This document shows positions 8,772 to 18,421 of a stretch of DNA of 64,000 nucleotides, one piece after another. The first letter of the stretch is position 1; the number at the start of each line of letters is the position of its first letter. The notes beneath the pieces were generated by a model. The model made no database searches and was not told where the DNA came from. It worked only from the letters and a program-made list of their open reading frames with translations. The position numbers and the translations under genes were made by a program. Origin of the DNA: Candidatus Aminicenantes bacterium (GTDB lineage Bacteria > Acidobacteriota > Aminicenantia > Aminicenantales > Aminicenantaceae); assembly GCA_011773465.1 (NCBI GenBank), contig WVXO01000012.1:71561-135560 (forward strand). Reading direction: 5' to 3'.

Positions 8772-11384
8772 TTAATTAAATCTTCCTGGCACAGCTCTAT
8801 TCGGGTTTATCTTTATTTTTCTGGGCTTAGACTCTAATTCAAAATCAAACTCTTCTTTTCTCTCGTCAATTATCAGTCTTTTCTCGACTCTATTCCCGTT
8901 CTCAATCCACTCTACCCATAAGGGGAAAACGAAGGGCTCTTTCTGTTGGTTGATTCTTAATTTCAGAATGTATCCTCCCTCTTCTTTCAGGACAGAGTGA
9001 GAAACGTTGACCTCAGGGAGAACATAGGAATCAAACCAATTCCTGAAAAATACTGCAAGATCTTTCCCTGATACCGCTCTAATCGTTTTGATGAAATCTT
9101 TCGTACTTGCCGCACCGTACTTATGCCTTCTGAAAAATTCTTGTAATCCTTTAAAAAACGCTTCTTCTCCCAGGAGATCTCTCAGCATATTCAAGACTAA
9201 AGAAGCCTTGTTATAAATTATTGCTTGGTAAGCTTCAGGATTATGATAGTTGAGACGGGAGCCAAGAGTTATCGCTCCCCATATCGATTTTTTTCCAGTC
9301 CATTGAGAGAATTTCTTCAAAATAGAAGGAAATACTCCCTCACCACGCTTCTCGATTAAGTACAAAGTGGCCGAAAACTGAGCTAAGCCTTCGCTTAACC
9401 ATTGATCATGATACGTTTTCCATGTTACGGCTTGCCCCCACCACTGGTGAGCAATTTCATGGGCGATGAAATATTCTTTCCAGCGAGAAAGATCAACCGG
9501 GCTTCTTGTGCTTGCGTATAAACCTCCGTTCTGAGTTGGGGGTAATTCATTAATAACAATAAAAGAGGCTGGGCTATGACCTCCACTCGCAGACCAAATT
9601 CTGCGGACAATAGTTAGCTTTTCGTAAGGATAGGGGCCAAACTTGTTTTCATAGAATTGAATAATATTTTTGGCCTCCTCTAGAAGCCCTTTTTTTTGAA
9701 AGCTGATGCCAGATGCGTAGAAATGCTTTAGCGGCAGAGACTTCAAATCCTCTTCTACCTTAATAAACTTACCAACAAGAAAAGAAAGGTATTTAATCGG
9801 ATATTTTGTTTCAAAGATATAAACAGAGCTTCCTGTTTTTTCTATTTCTTCTACTCTTTCCACATCGTTCAATCTGCTTTTCTCTATCAATTCTCCATTG
9901 GAAATACACTGGTATTCAGGAGGGACAATTATTCTTAAACGGGCCTTGAAATAATCATCACCTGGAGGGGAGGGATACCAGAAGGCACTTCGACTAAAAA
10001 GATAGGTCTCGGATTTAGGAGTTACATAGCTGAGGTTCTTATCAAACTGAAGCCCAGCGATGACATCCGTTACTTGCTTGGGAGGAACAAGCTTTCCCCT
10101 GTAATATATCTCTATGGAGTAAGGCTTATTTTCAGGAGGGGGATGGATAAAATAAACATAAAGAGACCCTCTCAATTTATCTTGGCTGTAGATCAACGCC
10201 CGCTTATCCTCATCATAAATGCGAAGAATATCTAACTCAGGATTAAGCTTAAGCATTATTCGTTCGAGGGAATCAACTTTAGACTCCACTTCAACCTTTG
10301 CTTTCCCAGAAATATAAAACTGTTGAGGTTTAAAGTCGATTTCAATTTTGTAGCTTTTAACTTCAAACATCTCGACGAAAGATATAAAAATTCTCTTTTT
10401 TCTCCCCTCCTTGTAGGGCGAATAAAGGTTGATAATTTTTTCATCTTTCCAGCGGTAAAGATTAATTTCTTCCGGTGTGAAAGGAGAATAGATATAAGCA
10501 AGATCCCCCAACTTTTTTCCTTCAAAGTTGAAAACTACCTCGTTCCCTTGAGGTAAGGCAGTAAGTAACTCTTTATTAAGGGAATTTTCAATCGTGAAGG
10601 ACCGGGAATAATATTTTGAAAACAAGGAGTAAGCTTTATTTCTTTCTAGGATAGAAGCCTGGAAGCCTTCCTCATCTGGATCCTTTACTATCCTGATGTT
10701 CTTCCGAAAAAAATAGTCGGAAAACCTGAGGTAGGCACATGTAAGATCATCTTCAAGAAAGCTTTTTTTATAGATTAAATCAAGCTGATGCTTTTCTCCT
10801 GGGTCAGAGGGATAAAAGTGCAAGTGACCCTTCCCCAAGATAAGAAGGCCCGTTTCAAGGCCTGGGATGTTATCGTAAAAGATTATTGCATCTTTAAAGG
10901 AAAGTTTGATATCCGCATGTTCAACTTCGATCGATTTAACTCTTTCAGCTCTTTCAGATGGAATTTTAATCTTATACATGATATTGACTCTTCCCAGCAC
11001 CCTTTTCTGCTCTATCAGCCACTGATCGTTCACCTTAATAAGCGATAAATGCCAGGTTTCTATGGCAGCAGAGTAAGAATTTTGAAAGAGAGCCTGAAGA
11101 TATATTTTGGCTTCACCCTCTGTTTGGGTCAATTTACTGGGCTTGAATAAAGTCACACTATCCAACCGCAGGACATTAAACCTGTTATTTACAATCAACC
11201 TCTCTTTTTCCCTTACTTCATTTGAAAAACGATTCAGGTATGCCGGGATATCCTTCTGATCTAGGGACTCTTGAATTTGAGAAATAAATTCACTAATACT
11301 TTGCTCTTCAGCAGCAACCTGGGGAATTAAAGAAAATGTAAGGAAGAAGAACAGAGGAAGCCCAAGAATTGATATATTTTTCAT
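8772..11384 (-). CDS. Secreted M1-family zinc metallopeptidase (aminopeptidase N-like)
   Basis: 870 aa with signal peptide MKNISILGLPLFFFLTFSLIPQVAA and the gluzincin motif HEIAHQWWG followed by E 18 residues later (WLSEGLA). Confidence 0.88.
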   Translation of the reverse strand: MKNISILGLPLFFFLTFSLIPQVAAEEQSISEFISQIQESLDQKDIPAYLNRFSNEVREKERLIVNNRFNVLRLDSVTLFKPSKLTQTEGEAKIYLQALFQNSYSAAIETWHLSLIKVNDQWLIEQKRVLGRVNIMYKIKIPSERAERVKSIEVEHADIKLSFKDAIIFYDNIPGLETGLLILGKGHLHFYPSDPGEKHQLDLIYKKSFLEDDLTCAYLRFSDYFFRKNIRIVKDPDEEGFQASILERNKAYSLFSKYYSRSFTIENSLNKELLTALPQGNEVVFNFEGKKLGDLAYIYSPFTPEEINLYRWKDEKIINLYSPYKEGRKKRIFISFVEMFEVKSYKIEIDFKPQQFYISGKAKVEVESKVDSLERIMLKLNPELDILRIYDEDKRALIYSQDKLRGSLYVYFIHPPPENKPYSIEIYYRGKLVPPKQVTDVIAGLQFDKNLSYVTPKSETYLFSRSAFWYPSPPGDDYFKARLRIIVPPEYQCISNGELIEKSRLNDVERVEEIEKTGSSVYIFETKYPIKYLSFLVGKFIKVEEDLKSLPLKHFYASGISFQKKGLLEEAKNIIQFYENKFGPYPYEKLTIVRRIWSASGGHSPASFIVINELPPTQNGGLYASTRSPVDLSRWKEYFIAHEIAHQWWGQAVTWKTYHDQWLSEGLAQFSATLYLIEKRGEGVFPSILKKFSQWTGKKSIWGAITLGSRLNYHNPEAYQAIIYNKASLVLNMLRDLLGEEAFFKGLQEFFRRHKYGAASTKDFIKTIRAVSGKDLAVFFRNWFDSYVLPEVNVSHSVLKEEGGYILKLRINQQKEPFVFPLWVEWIENGNRVEKRLIIDERKEEFDFELESKPRKIKINPNRAVPGRFN

Positions 11385-11490
11385 TTATTTATTATAACAG
11401 AAAGAAGAATTAATATAAATTCTATAGGAATATGCTTATTTTTGTGATACTTCCTCATTCCTTCTTCTTGTGTCCTTATTTTAAAATATA

Positions 11491-11505
11491 GCAATTTTTG
11501 TGCCA
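11491..11505 (-). promoter_or_regulatory. Sigma-54 (-24/-12) promoter TGGCAC-N5-TTGC
   Basis: The minus strand reads TTGGCACAAAAATTGCT, a perfect match to YTGGCAC-N5-TTGCW. It lies about 105 nt upstream of the M1 peptidase start codon at 11384. Confidence 0.6.
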
Positions 11506-11610
11506 AATTAATCCAAGAAAAATATTCCACCTTTGGCTGGGTAAGGATAGTTTTAGGTGAGGTTTATTAAGAATCGGCCGAAAACTGTAAAAAAATTTAA
11601 CACTTGCTTT

Positions 11611-12045
11611 TTATTTTTTTTGCTTGCCTTTGACGAAATCTTCTTCCCAGGTAATAAAGCTGTGGTAGAAAATCTTGTCTCCTTCCTCGATTCCACGAGT
11701 AATTTCTGTAATATGAGAAGTGGAAGCCCCAAAAGCCTCGACAGCATAAAAAACTGCTTTCTCTGGATCTCCAGAGTTGCCGCAAGTGTAGAAGTCTAAG
11801 GCAACATAGCCATATTCTGGCCACGTGTGGCAGGATATATGCGATTCTGAGATCACGATAACTCCGCTGACTCCTTGAGGCGGGAACTTGTTAACAGAAA
11901 TAGACCATACCTGAGCCTGGGCAATCTCTGCAGCTTTGACTAAAATCTGCTGCACTTTATCCACACTCTTAATAATCTTCGGATCACACCCGGATGCTTC
12001 AACGATATAATGATGGCCTATGGATCTGTGAATTTTTTTGGCCAT
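11611..12045 (-). CDS. speH: S-adenosylmethionine decarboxylase proenzyme (pyruvoyl type, class 1)
   Basis: 144 aa with the self-cleavage/active-site region VISESHISCHTWPEYGY typical of SpeH/SpeD. Confidence 0.88.
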   Translation of the reverse strand: MAKKIHRSIGHHYIVEASGCDPKIIKSVDKVQQILVKAAEIAQAQVWSISVNKFPPQGVSGVIVISESHISCHTWPEYGYVALDFYTCGNSGDPEKAVFYAVEAFGASTSHITEITRGIEEGDKIFYHSFITWEEDFVKGKQKK

Positions 12046-12218
12046 TTTGCTTCTCCTTAAAAAGGTTGAATCTAATTATGGCATATTCCTTAACACTGTC
12101 AAGAAAACTTTAGTGGGGGTCAGACCTTTCAAGCTTTTATAATTAGGATATGTCAGTGTAATTAGATAGTAAAGAGAAAACGGAACTGCAGAGTTTGGAT
12201 TAATATTTGGAAAATTTC

Positions 12219-12248
12219 TGGACAAGAATAAAATATATTTGCTATAAT
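12219..12248 (+). promoter_or_regulatory. Candidate sigma-70 promoter TGGACA-N18-TATAAT
   Basis: TGGACA at 12219-12224 and TATAAT at 12243-12248. This would give a leader of about 250 nt before the GTG at 12508. Confidence 0.35.
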
Positions 12249-12507
12249 ACGTTGTTAATATTCTATACATACTTTATAAATTATATATACTTTTAATTTT
12301 ACAGGAGGAATCATAAATTTCATACTCAATTAGAATCTTTCTCCCCCACTTCACAAAAATCGTCCAGGCTCAAGTCAAAGCTCTCAGAATAAACGCAAAC
12401 TGAATATGAGTCCCTACAAAGACTTTTCTCAAAATCATCCCGGGTTGTTATCAGCCTGACCTTTTTGAGAGTAACACAAGAATAAACAAGAATTTGGAGG
12501 GAAATGG

Positions 12508-12972
12508 GTGGAAGTTGAAGAATTAAAAGTCAAAAAGCGAATAAAAAAATACAACAACGAAAAAAAAGCCCTTATATCAATCCTCCAGGATATACAGGAA
12601 GAATATAATTATCTTCCCCCAGAAGCTTTAAAGATTGTCTCAAAATCTCTGGATATTCCTCTTATCGATATCTTCGGGGTGGCTACTTTTTACCGTACTT
12701 TCAGCCTCAAACCACGGGGAAAACATCTCATAACTGTTTGTTTGGGAACCGCCTGTCACGTAAGGGGAGGCCCTAAAATTCTGGAAGAATTTAAAAGAAA
12801 ACTAAATATAAAAGCGGGTGAGACTACAAAAGACATGCGCTTTACGTTGGAAACGGTTGCTTGTTTAGGGTGCTGTGCTATTGGTCCAGTTGTGGTAGTG
12901 GATGGCAACTACCACTCCCAAACGTCTATTGGAACAGTCGATTCGATTCTAAAGAAGTACAGAAAAAAATGA
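12508..12972 (+). CDS. NuoE/HydC-like thioredoxin-fold [2Fe-2S] subunit, copy 1
   Basis: 154 aa with Cys motifs CLGTAC and CLGCC. GTG start with GGAGGG 6 nt upstream. Confidence 0.9.
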   Translation: MEVEELKVKKRIKKYNNEKKALISILQDIQEEYNYLPPEALKIVSKSLDIPLIDIFGVATFYRTFSLKPRGKHLITVCLGTACHVRGGPKILEEFKRKLNIKAGETTKDMRFTLETVACLGCCAIGPVVVVDGNYHSQTSIGTVDSILKKYRKK

Positions 12973-12978
12973 AGTAAA

Positions 12979-15900
12979 GTGAAAAACATAATGAAAATAC
13001 AATCAATCACAGATTTGAAACAAGCTATTGAAATCCAAATCCAAAAAAGAAAATCCACAGAGAAACCTATTCTTACTATCTCAGCAGGAACCTGCGGTCG
13101 GGCAAGGGGATCATTAAGAGTAATTAAGGCTTTAAAAAATGCTATCAAGAAACAAAAGTTAGAAAATGACATTAAAATTAAAGTTACAGGTTGCCATGGT
13201 TTCTGTGAGGCTGAGCCTAACATCATTATTCATCCCCACAATATTTTTTATCAGAAGGTCGAGCCCAAGAACGCTAAAGATATTCTTGCTCAAACTGTAT
13301 TAGGTAATAAAATTATAGACCAACTTTTGTATTCTGATCCCTCCACGAAAGAAAGGTATATCCAGGAAAACGATATTCCTTTTTACAAGCATCAAAAGCG
13401 AATTATTCTTGGGGATAACGCCTTGATTGATCCTACCGATATCAACGATTATCTCTCCATTGGTGGGTACTTATCGCTTGTCAAAGTTTTAAGTAGTATG
13501 ACTCAAGAAGAAATCATCGAGGCCGTGAAGCAATCTGGTCTGAGGGGAAGAGGAGGAGCAGGATTCCATACAGGAAAGAAGTGGGAGTTCGCAAGAAAAG
13601 CTAAAGGAGACACGAAATATATAATCTGCAATGCTGATGAAGGTGACCCCGGAGCCTATATGGATCGAAGTTTATTGGAAGGAAATCCACACCGCGTTCT
13701 GGAAGGCATGATAATAGGAGCTTACGCAATAGGGGCAGAAGAAGGCTATATTTATGTTCGAGATGAATACCCTCTGGCTGTTGAACATGTTTCCTTAGCA
13801 ATCTCTCAAGCCAAAAAATTAGGACTTTTAGGAAAAAACATACTTGGAACAGGCATTAATTTCCAAATCCACATTAACAAGGGAGCTGGGGCCTTTGTCT
13901 GCGGAGAAGAAACAGCTTTAATTGCTTCTATCGAAGGAAGAAAAGGCGAACCTCGCCAGAGGCCTCCCTTCCCTGCTATGAAAGGTTTATGGGGCAAACC
14001 AACAAACATCAATAATGTTGAAACCTGGGCGAATATTCCTGTAATCATTGAAAAGGGCGCTGATTGGTTCTCAAAAATTGGCACGAATGGAAGCAAAGGG
14101 ACGAAGATATTCTCATTAGTTGGCAAAATAAACAATACAGGGCTAGTTGAAGTTCCAATAGGCATAACTTTGCGCGAAATCATATATAACTTAGGAGGAG
14201 GGATTCCAGGCGGCAAGAAGTTTAAGTCAGTCCAGACTGGCGGTCCTTCAGGGGGTTGTATTCCTGATAAATTGCTAGATTTACCTGTAGATTATGAAAG
14301 ACTTGCAGAGGCGGGAAGCATAATGGGATCTGGTGGGATGATCGTTACGGATGAGAACACATGCATGGTGGATCTGGCAAAATATTTCTTGAACTTTCTT
14401 CGCGATGAATCTTGCGGCAAGTGTCTAAGCTGCAGAGAAGGAATCCAGCGCATGTGGGAAATAGTAGCCGACATTACAAAAGGACACGCGACGATGGAAC
14501 AGCTTTATGTATTAGAAGAATTAGCCCTTAAAGTGAAAGATGCTTCAATGTGTGGGCTTGGGCAGACTGCGAGTAATCCTGTCTTGAGTACTTTGAGATA
14601 CTTTAGGGATGAATATAAGGCTCACGTTATAGAAAAATGGTGTCCTGCATTGGTGTGTAAGAGACTTGTGCCTTCTCCCTGTCAAGATGCCTGCCCTGTT
14701 GGTATAGATGTTCCGAGCTATATCGCTATGATTGCTTGGGGCAAATTCAATGAAGCAGTTGATTTGATTAGAGAGGACAATCCTTTTCCAGCAATTTGTG
14801 GACGCGTATGTAATCATCCATGTGAGTTAAATTGTAAAATGGGCGAATTTGATAAGCCTGTTGCCATACATTCACTTAAGCGGTTTTGTGCAGACTACGT
14901 GCTCAAGCGCGAGGGATATAACGTGCCGTCCATACAAAGCAAGAGAAAAGAGAGAGTTGCGATCATCGGATCAGGTCCGGCAGGTTTAACGGCTGCTTAT
15001 AATTTAGCGCGATTAGGCTATAGGACCACTGTATTTGAGGCACTGCCAGTAGCAGGTGGGATGTTATCTGTAGGTATTCCCGCTTATCGTTTACCAAAAG
15101 AGATAGTTAAGGCTGAGATTGATGCAATTCTTGCCCTTGGAGTTGAAATTAAGACCAACGCAGCGATTGGAAAGGATCTAAGCTTAAATGACCTCAAAAA
15201 GAAAGGATATAAGGCGATATTCATAGCCACGGGTGCGTATAAATCATTAAAATTGGGATTGCCCGGAGAGGATGTGTTGAAGGGTATTATTGACTGTGTG
15301 ACTTTCTTGAAAGATGTAAATCTTGGGAACCAGAAGAAACCCGGTGATAAGATTGCTATCCTAGGAGACGATCACATTTCTGTGGACGCGGCACGAGTAT
15401 GCAAGCGCCTTGGTTCAAGTGAAGTAAATATAATTTATAGAAGATCAAAGGAAGAAATGCCTCTAGACTACTCAGAAATTGATCAGGCTATAGATGAAGG
15501 TGTAAAGGTCCATTATTTAACTATTCCTAATAAAATTTTAAGCAAAGAGGGAAAAGTGGCAGGTCTGCAGTGCATTCATGCACGAGTTGGAAAAGCTGAT
15601 AGCAGAAGTCGGAGAGAACTTATCCCGTTAGAAGGTTCCGAGTTTACCATTGATGCCGATACAATAATACGAGCAACCGGTCAAGTACCGGATCTTACGT
15701 TTTTAAACCGTAAGTTTGAAATCTCGAACTGGAATCTGCTTGTTGTTGATCCTTATACTCTACAAACAAATGTATCGGGCGTTTTTGCCGGTGGCGATGT
15801 TGTAACAGGACCTGCAACTGTGATTGAAGCTATAGCAGCTGGCAAAAAGGCAGCTGCATCCATTGATAACTACATTAGTGGTAAGAAGTTTGAAGGATAT

Positions 15901-16095
15901 AAGAGGCCTAAACCCAGGATGCAGATTGAACCTATTCAGTTGACCAAGGAAGAGGAAGAGCTAAAGCGTCCTAAGATGCCGTTACTGAGTAGGAATAAGA
16001 GGTTGCAAAGTTTCGAGGAAGTTGAATTGGGCTACACTGAAAAAATGGCAATTCGTGAAGCGAAACGATGCAGAAGATGTGATATAGAGGAATAG
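12979..16095 (+). CDS. NuoF/HydB-like NAD(H)-FMN subunit fused to a GltD/NfnB-like FAD-NAD(P)H oxidoreductase
   Basis: 1038 aa. N-terminal Trx-like 2Fe-2S domain (TCGRARG...GCHGFCE). FMN/NADH motifs GRGGAGFHTGKKW and NADEGDPGAY. 4Fe-4S motif ESCGKCLSCREG...MCGLG. GltD-type Cys clusters (CQDACP, CGRVCNHPCE), dinucleotide fold VAIIGSGPAGLTAA, and GDVVTGPATVIEAIAAGKKAA. Confidence 0.9.
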   Translation: MKNIMKIQSITDLKQAIEIQIQKRKSTEKPILTISAGTCGRARGSLRVIKALKNAIKKQKLENDIKIKVTGCHGFCEAEPNIIIHPHNIFYQKVEPKNAKDILAQTVLGNKIIDQLLYSDPSTKERYIQENDIPFYKHQKRIILGDNALIDPTDINDYLSIGGYLSLVKVLSSMTQEEIIEAVKQSGLRGRGGAGFHTGKKWEFARKAKGDTKYIICNADEGDPGAYMDRSLLEGNPHRVLEGMIIGAYAIGAEEGYIYVRDEYPLAVEHVSLAISQAKKLGLLGKNILGTGINFQIHINKGAGAFVCGEETALIASIEGRKGEPRQRPPFPAMKGLWGKPTNINNVETWANIPVIIEKGADWFSKIGTNGSKGTKIFSLVGKINNTGLVEVPIGITLREIIYNLGGGIPGGKKFKSVQTGGPSGGCIPDKLLDLPVDYERLAEAGSIMGSGGMIVTDENTCMVDLAKYFLNFLRDESCGKCLSCREGIQRMWEIVADITKGHATMEQLYVLEELALKVKDASMCGLGQTASNPVLSTLRYFRDEYKAHVIEKWCPALVCKRLVPSPCQDACPVGIDVPSYIAMIAWGKFNEAVDLIREDNPFPAICGRVCNHPCELNCKMGEFDKPVAIHSLKRFCADYVLKREGYNVPSIQSKRKERVAIIGSGPAGLTAAYNLARLGYRTTVFEALPVAGGMLSVGIPAYRLPKEIVKAEIDAILALGVEIKTNAAIGKDLSLNDLKKKGYKAIFIATGAYKSLKLGLPGEDVLKGIIDCVTFLKDVNLGNQKKPGDKIAILGDDHISVDAARVCKRLGSSEVNIIYRRSKEEMPLDYSEIDQAIDEGVKVHYLTIPNKILSKEGKVAGLQCIHARVGKADSRSRRELIPLEGSEFTIDADTIIRATGQVPDLTFLNRKFEISNWNLLVVDPYTLQTNVSGVFAGGDVVTGPATVIEAIAAGKKAAASIDNYISGKKFEGYKRPKPRMQIEPIQLTKEEEELKRPKMPLLSRNKRLQSFEEVELGYTEKMAIREAKRCRRCDIEE

Positions 16096-16548
16096 ATGAA
16101 ATTTAATAAAATAGATAAGATCTTAGAAAAGTTCAACATGCAAAAATCACAATTAATCAGTATATTGCAGGATATTCAGAATGAATTTAACTTCTTACCC
16201 ATGGAGGTATTAGGCTATGTTGCAGAGAAATTAGGAATTCCATTTAGTCTTGTGTATCATTTAGCAACTTTCTATAAAACCTTCAGCCTGAAACGGCGAG
16301 GAAGACATTTAATTAATGTGTGTCTTGGCACTGCATGTCACATAAGGGGAGGAGTAAGAATTTTGGAAAAGATTGAAAGAGATCTGAATATAAAATCAGG
16401 ATCGATAACTTTGGATTCTAAATTCAGCTTGGAAGTCGTAAGGTGCGTTGGGTGTTGTAGCCTAGCCCCAGTTATAAGAATCGACGATGATACCCATGGT
16501 CGATTAACACAAGGGAAAATAACACCTATGCTCAAGAAATATGAGTAA
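16096..16548 (+). CDS. NuoE/HydC-like [2Fe-2S] subunit, copy 2
   Basis: 150 aa with CLGTAC and CVGCC. It is a paralog of 12508-12972 and starts immediately after the preceding stop codon. Confidence 0.9.
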   Translation: MKFNKIDKILEKFNMQKSQLISILQDIQNEFNFLPMEVLGYVAEKLGIPFSLVYHLATFYKTFSLKRRGRHLINVCLGTACHIRGGVRILEKIERDLNIKSGSITLDSKFSLEVVRCVGCCSLAPVIRIDDDTHGRLTQGKITPMLKKYE

Positions 16549-18415
16549 TTCAAAAATAGTAACTTTGGACGATTTAGAGCTTCTCAAAGAGAAGGGATTA
16601 AACTTGATTTATCCAACCAAGACAAAGATCAGTGTAGGGATGGCTACTTGTGGCATTTCCACTGGAGCTAGGGAAGTATTCCAAGCAATTTCAGAAGAAG
16701 TGCAGAACCAGAAGCTGGATTGTGTCCTCAGCCAGACCGGATGCCTTGGGTTCTGCCAAAGGGAACCATTGGTAGATGTTATAGAGCCAGGAAAGCCAAA
16801 GGTAGTCTATGCTGAAATGTCTTATGATAAAGTACCAGAGCTAATAACCAATATTAAAAATCAGAAAATTAAAAATGAATGGATGCTATGCCAAATAGGA
16901 GAAAAATACAGCCCAAGATTGGATGGAATACCATTCTACAAAGATGTTGATTTCTATAAAAAACAGAAAAAGATCGCCCTGAGGAATTGTGGTTTTATAA
17001 ATCCTGATTGTATTGAGGAATATATTGCTAAGAGAGGCTACTTCGCATTGCACAAAGTGCTTACTGAAATGAAACCAAAAGAAGTAGTAGATATGATTGC
17101 TGAATCAGGGCTTAGAGGAAGAGGAGGCGCCGGATTCCTGACAGGCAAAAAATGGCAGATTACCAGGTCATCAAAGGGAAAGATTAAATATATAATTTGT
17201 AATGCTGACGAAGGTGACCCTGGTGCTTATATGGACAGAAGCTTATTAGAAGGAGATCCACACAGTGTTTTAGAGGGAATGCTAATAGGAGCTTATGCTA
17301 TAGGTGCAAGTACTGGATATATTTATGTTCGAGCAGAATATCCACAAGCTATAGTAAAATTTTTACAGGCTGTCAAGCAGGCTGAAGAACATGGGTTGCT
17401 CGGGAAGGATATATTCAATTCAGGCTTTAACTTTGAGGTACGAGTAAATAAAGGAGCTGGAGCTTTCGTTTGTGGCGAAGAGACAGCTCTTATCGCTTCA
17501 ATTGAAGGCGGATGGAGTGGACCGAGGCCAAGACCACCTTTTCCTGCAAAGAGCGGCTTATGGGGCAAACCAACTAATATTAATAATGTTGAAACATGGG
17601 CAAATGTTCCTGTAATTATTGATAAAGGGGCAGACTGGTACTCTAAGATCGGGACAGAGAAGAGTAAGGGTACAAAAGTATTCTCTGTGGTTGGAAAAGT
17701 GAACAATACCGGATTAGTGGAAGTACCTATGGGCATTACCTTGAGGGAGATTGTCTATGACATAGGAGGTGGAATTCTCGATAACAGGAAATTCAAGGCT
17801 GTTCAGACAGGCGGCCCATCCGGAGGGTGTATCCCGGAAAGTCTAATAGATCTACCAGTTGACTTTGAAAAACTGACAGAAGTGGGATCTATGATGGGGT
17901 CAGGTGGCATGATTGTAATGGACGAAAATACCTGTATGGTGGATGTAGCTAAATACTTTCTTGCCTTTCTTGAAGATGAATCTTGCGGCAAGTGTGTTCC
18001 ATGTCGGGAAGGGATAGAGAAAATGCGAGAAATACTCAACAATATTTGTAAGGGCGAAGGAGAAGAGGCAGATATTGAATTGCTGGAAGAGATTGCCCTG
18101 ACTGTAAAGGAGATGTCCTTGTGCGGGCTTGGTCAAACTGCGAGTAATCCTGTTCTGACAACCATAAAGTACTTTAGAAATGAATATGAGGAGCACATCA
18201 TAAACAAAAGGTGCCCAGCAGGTGTGTGCCTTGATTTAATCTCATACTCAATTGATGCTGAAAAGTGCAACGGATGTGGAGCTTGTGTGAGACCTTGTCC
18301 AACTCAGGCTATTACTGGAGAGAAAAAGAAACTTCATAGTCTCGACCAAGAGAAATGCATTAAGTGTGGAGCATGTTATGAGACCTGTAAGTTTGATTCG
18401 ATAATCATAAAGTGA
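16541..18415 (+). CDS. NuoF/HydB-like NAD(H)-FMN subunit with a C-terminal 2x[4Fe-4S] ferredoxin domain, copy 2
   Basis: 624 aa with GRGGAGFLTGKKW, NADEGDPGAY, ESCGKCVPCREG, and a C-terminal CNGCGACVRPCP...CIKCGACYETC. It shares long identical peptides with copy 1 (for example KGAGAFVCGEETALIASIEG and GLWGKPTNINNVETWAN). Confidence 0.9.
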   Translation: MSNSKIVTLDDLELLKEKGLNLIYPTKTKISVGMATCGISTGAREVFQAISEEVQNQKLDCVLSQTGCLGFCQREPLVDVIEPGKPKVVYAEMSYDKVPELITNIKNQKIKNEWMLCQIGEKYSPRLDGIPFYKDVDFYKKQKKIALRNCGFINPDCIEEYIAKRGYFALHKVLTEMKPKEVVDMIAESGLRGRGGAGFLTGKKWQITRSSKGKIKYIICNADEGDPGAYMDRSLLEGDPHSVLEGMLIGAYAIGASTGYIYVRAEYPQAIVKFLQAVKQAEEHGLLGKDIFNSGFNFEVRVNKGAGAFVCGEETALIASIEGGWSGPRPRPPFPAKSGLWGKPTNINNVETWANVPVIIDKGADWYSKIGTEKSKGTKVFSVVGKVNNTGLVEVPMGITLREIVYDIGGGILDNRKFKAVQTGGPSGGCIPESLIDLPVDFEKLTEVGSMMGSGGMIVMDENTCMVDVAKYFLAFLEDESCGKCVPCREGIEKMREILNNICKGEGEEADIELLEEIALTVKEMSLCGLGQTASNPVLTTIKYFRNEYEEHIINKRCPAGVCLDLISYSIDAEKCNGCGACVRPCPTQAITGEKKKLHSLDQEKCIKCGACYETCKFDSIIIK

Positions 18416-18421
18416 GGGAAA

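Noticed and set aside
8557-8772. 71-aa ORF ending ...EIASLRSQ
   Set aside because: It reads straight through the 28-bp-arm inverted repeat and other intergenic repeats, so it is a translation artefact of palindromic DNA. The same applies to 3072-3287.
13806-14216. 136-aa antisense ORF, with its look-alike at 17323-17736 (137 aa)
   Set aside because: Both lie antisense to the conserved cores of the two NuoF paralogs. They resemble each other only because the sense genes are duplicated.
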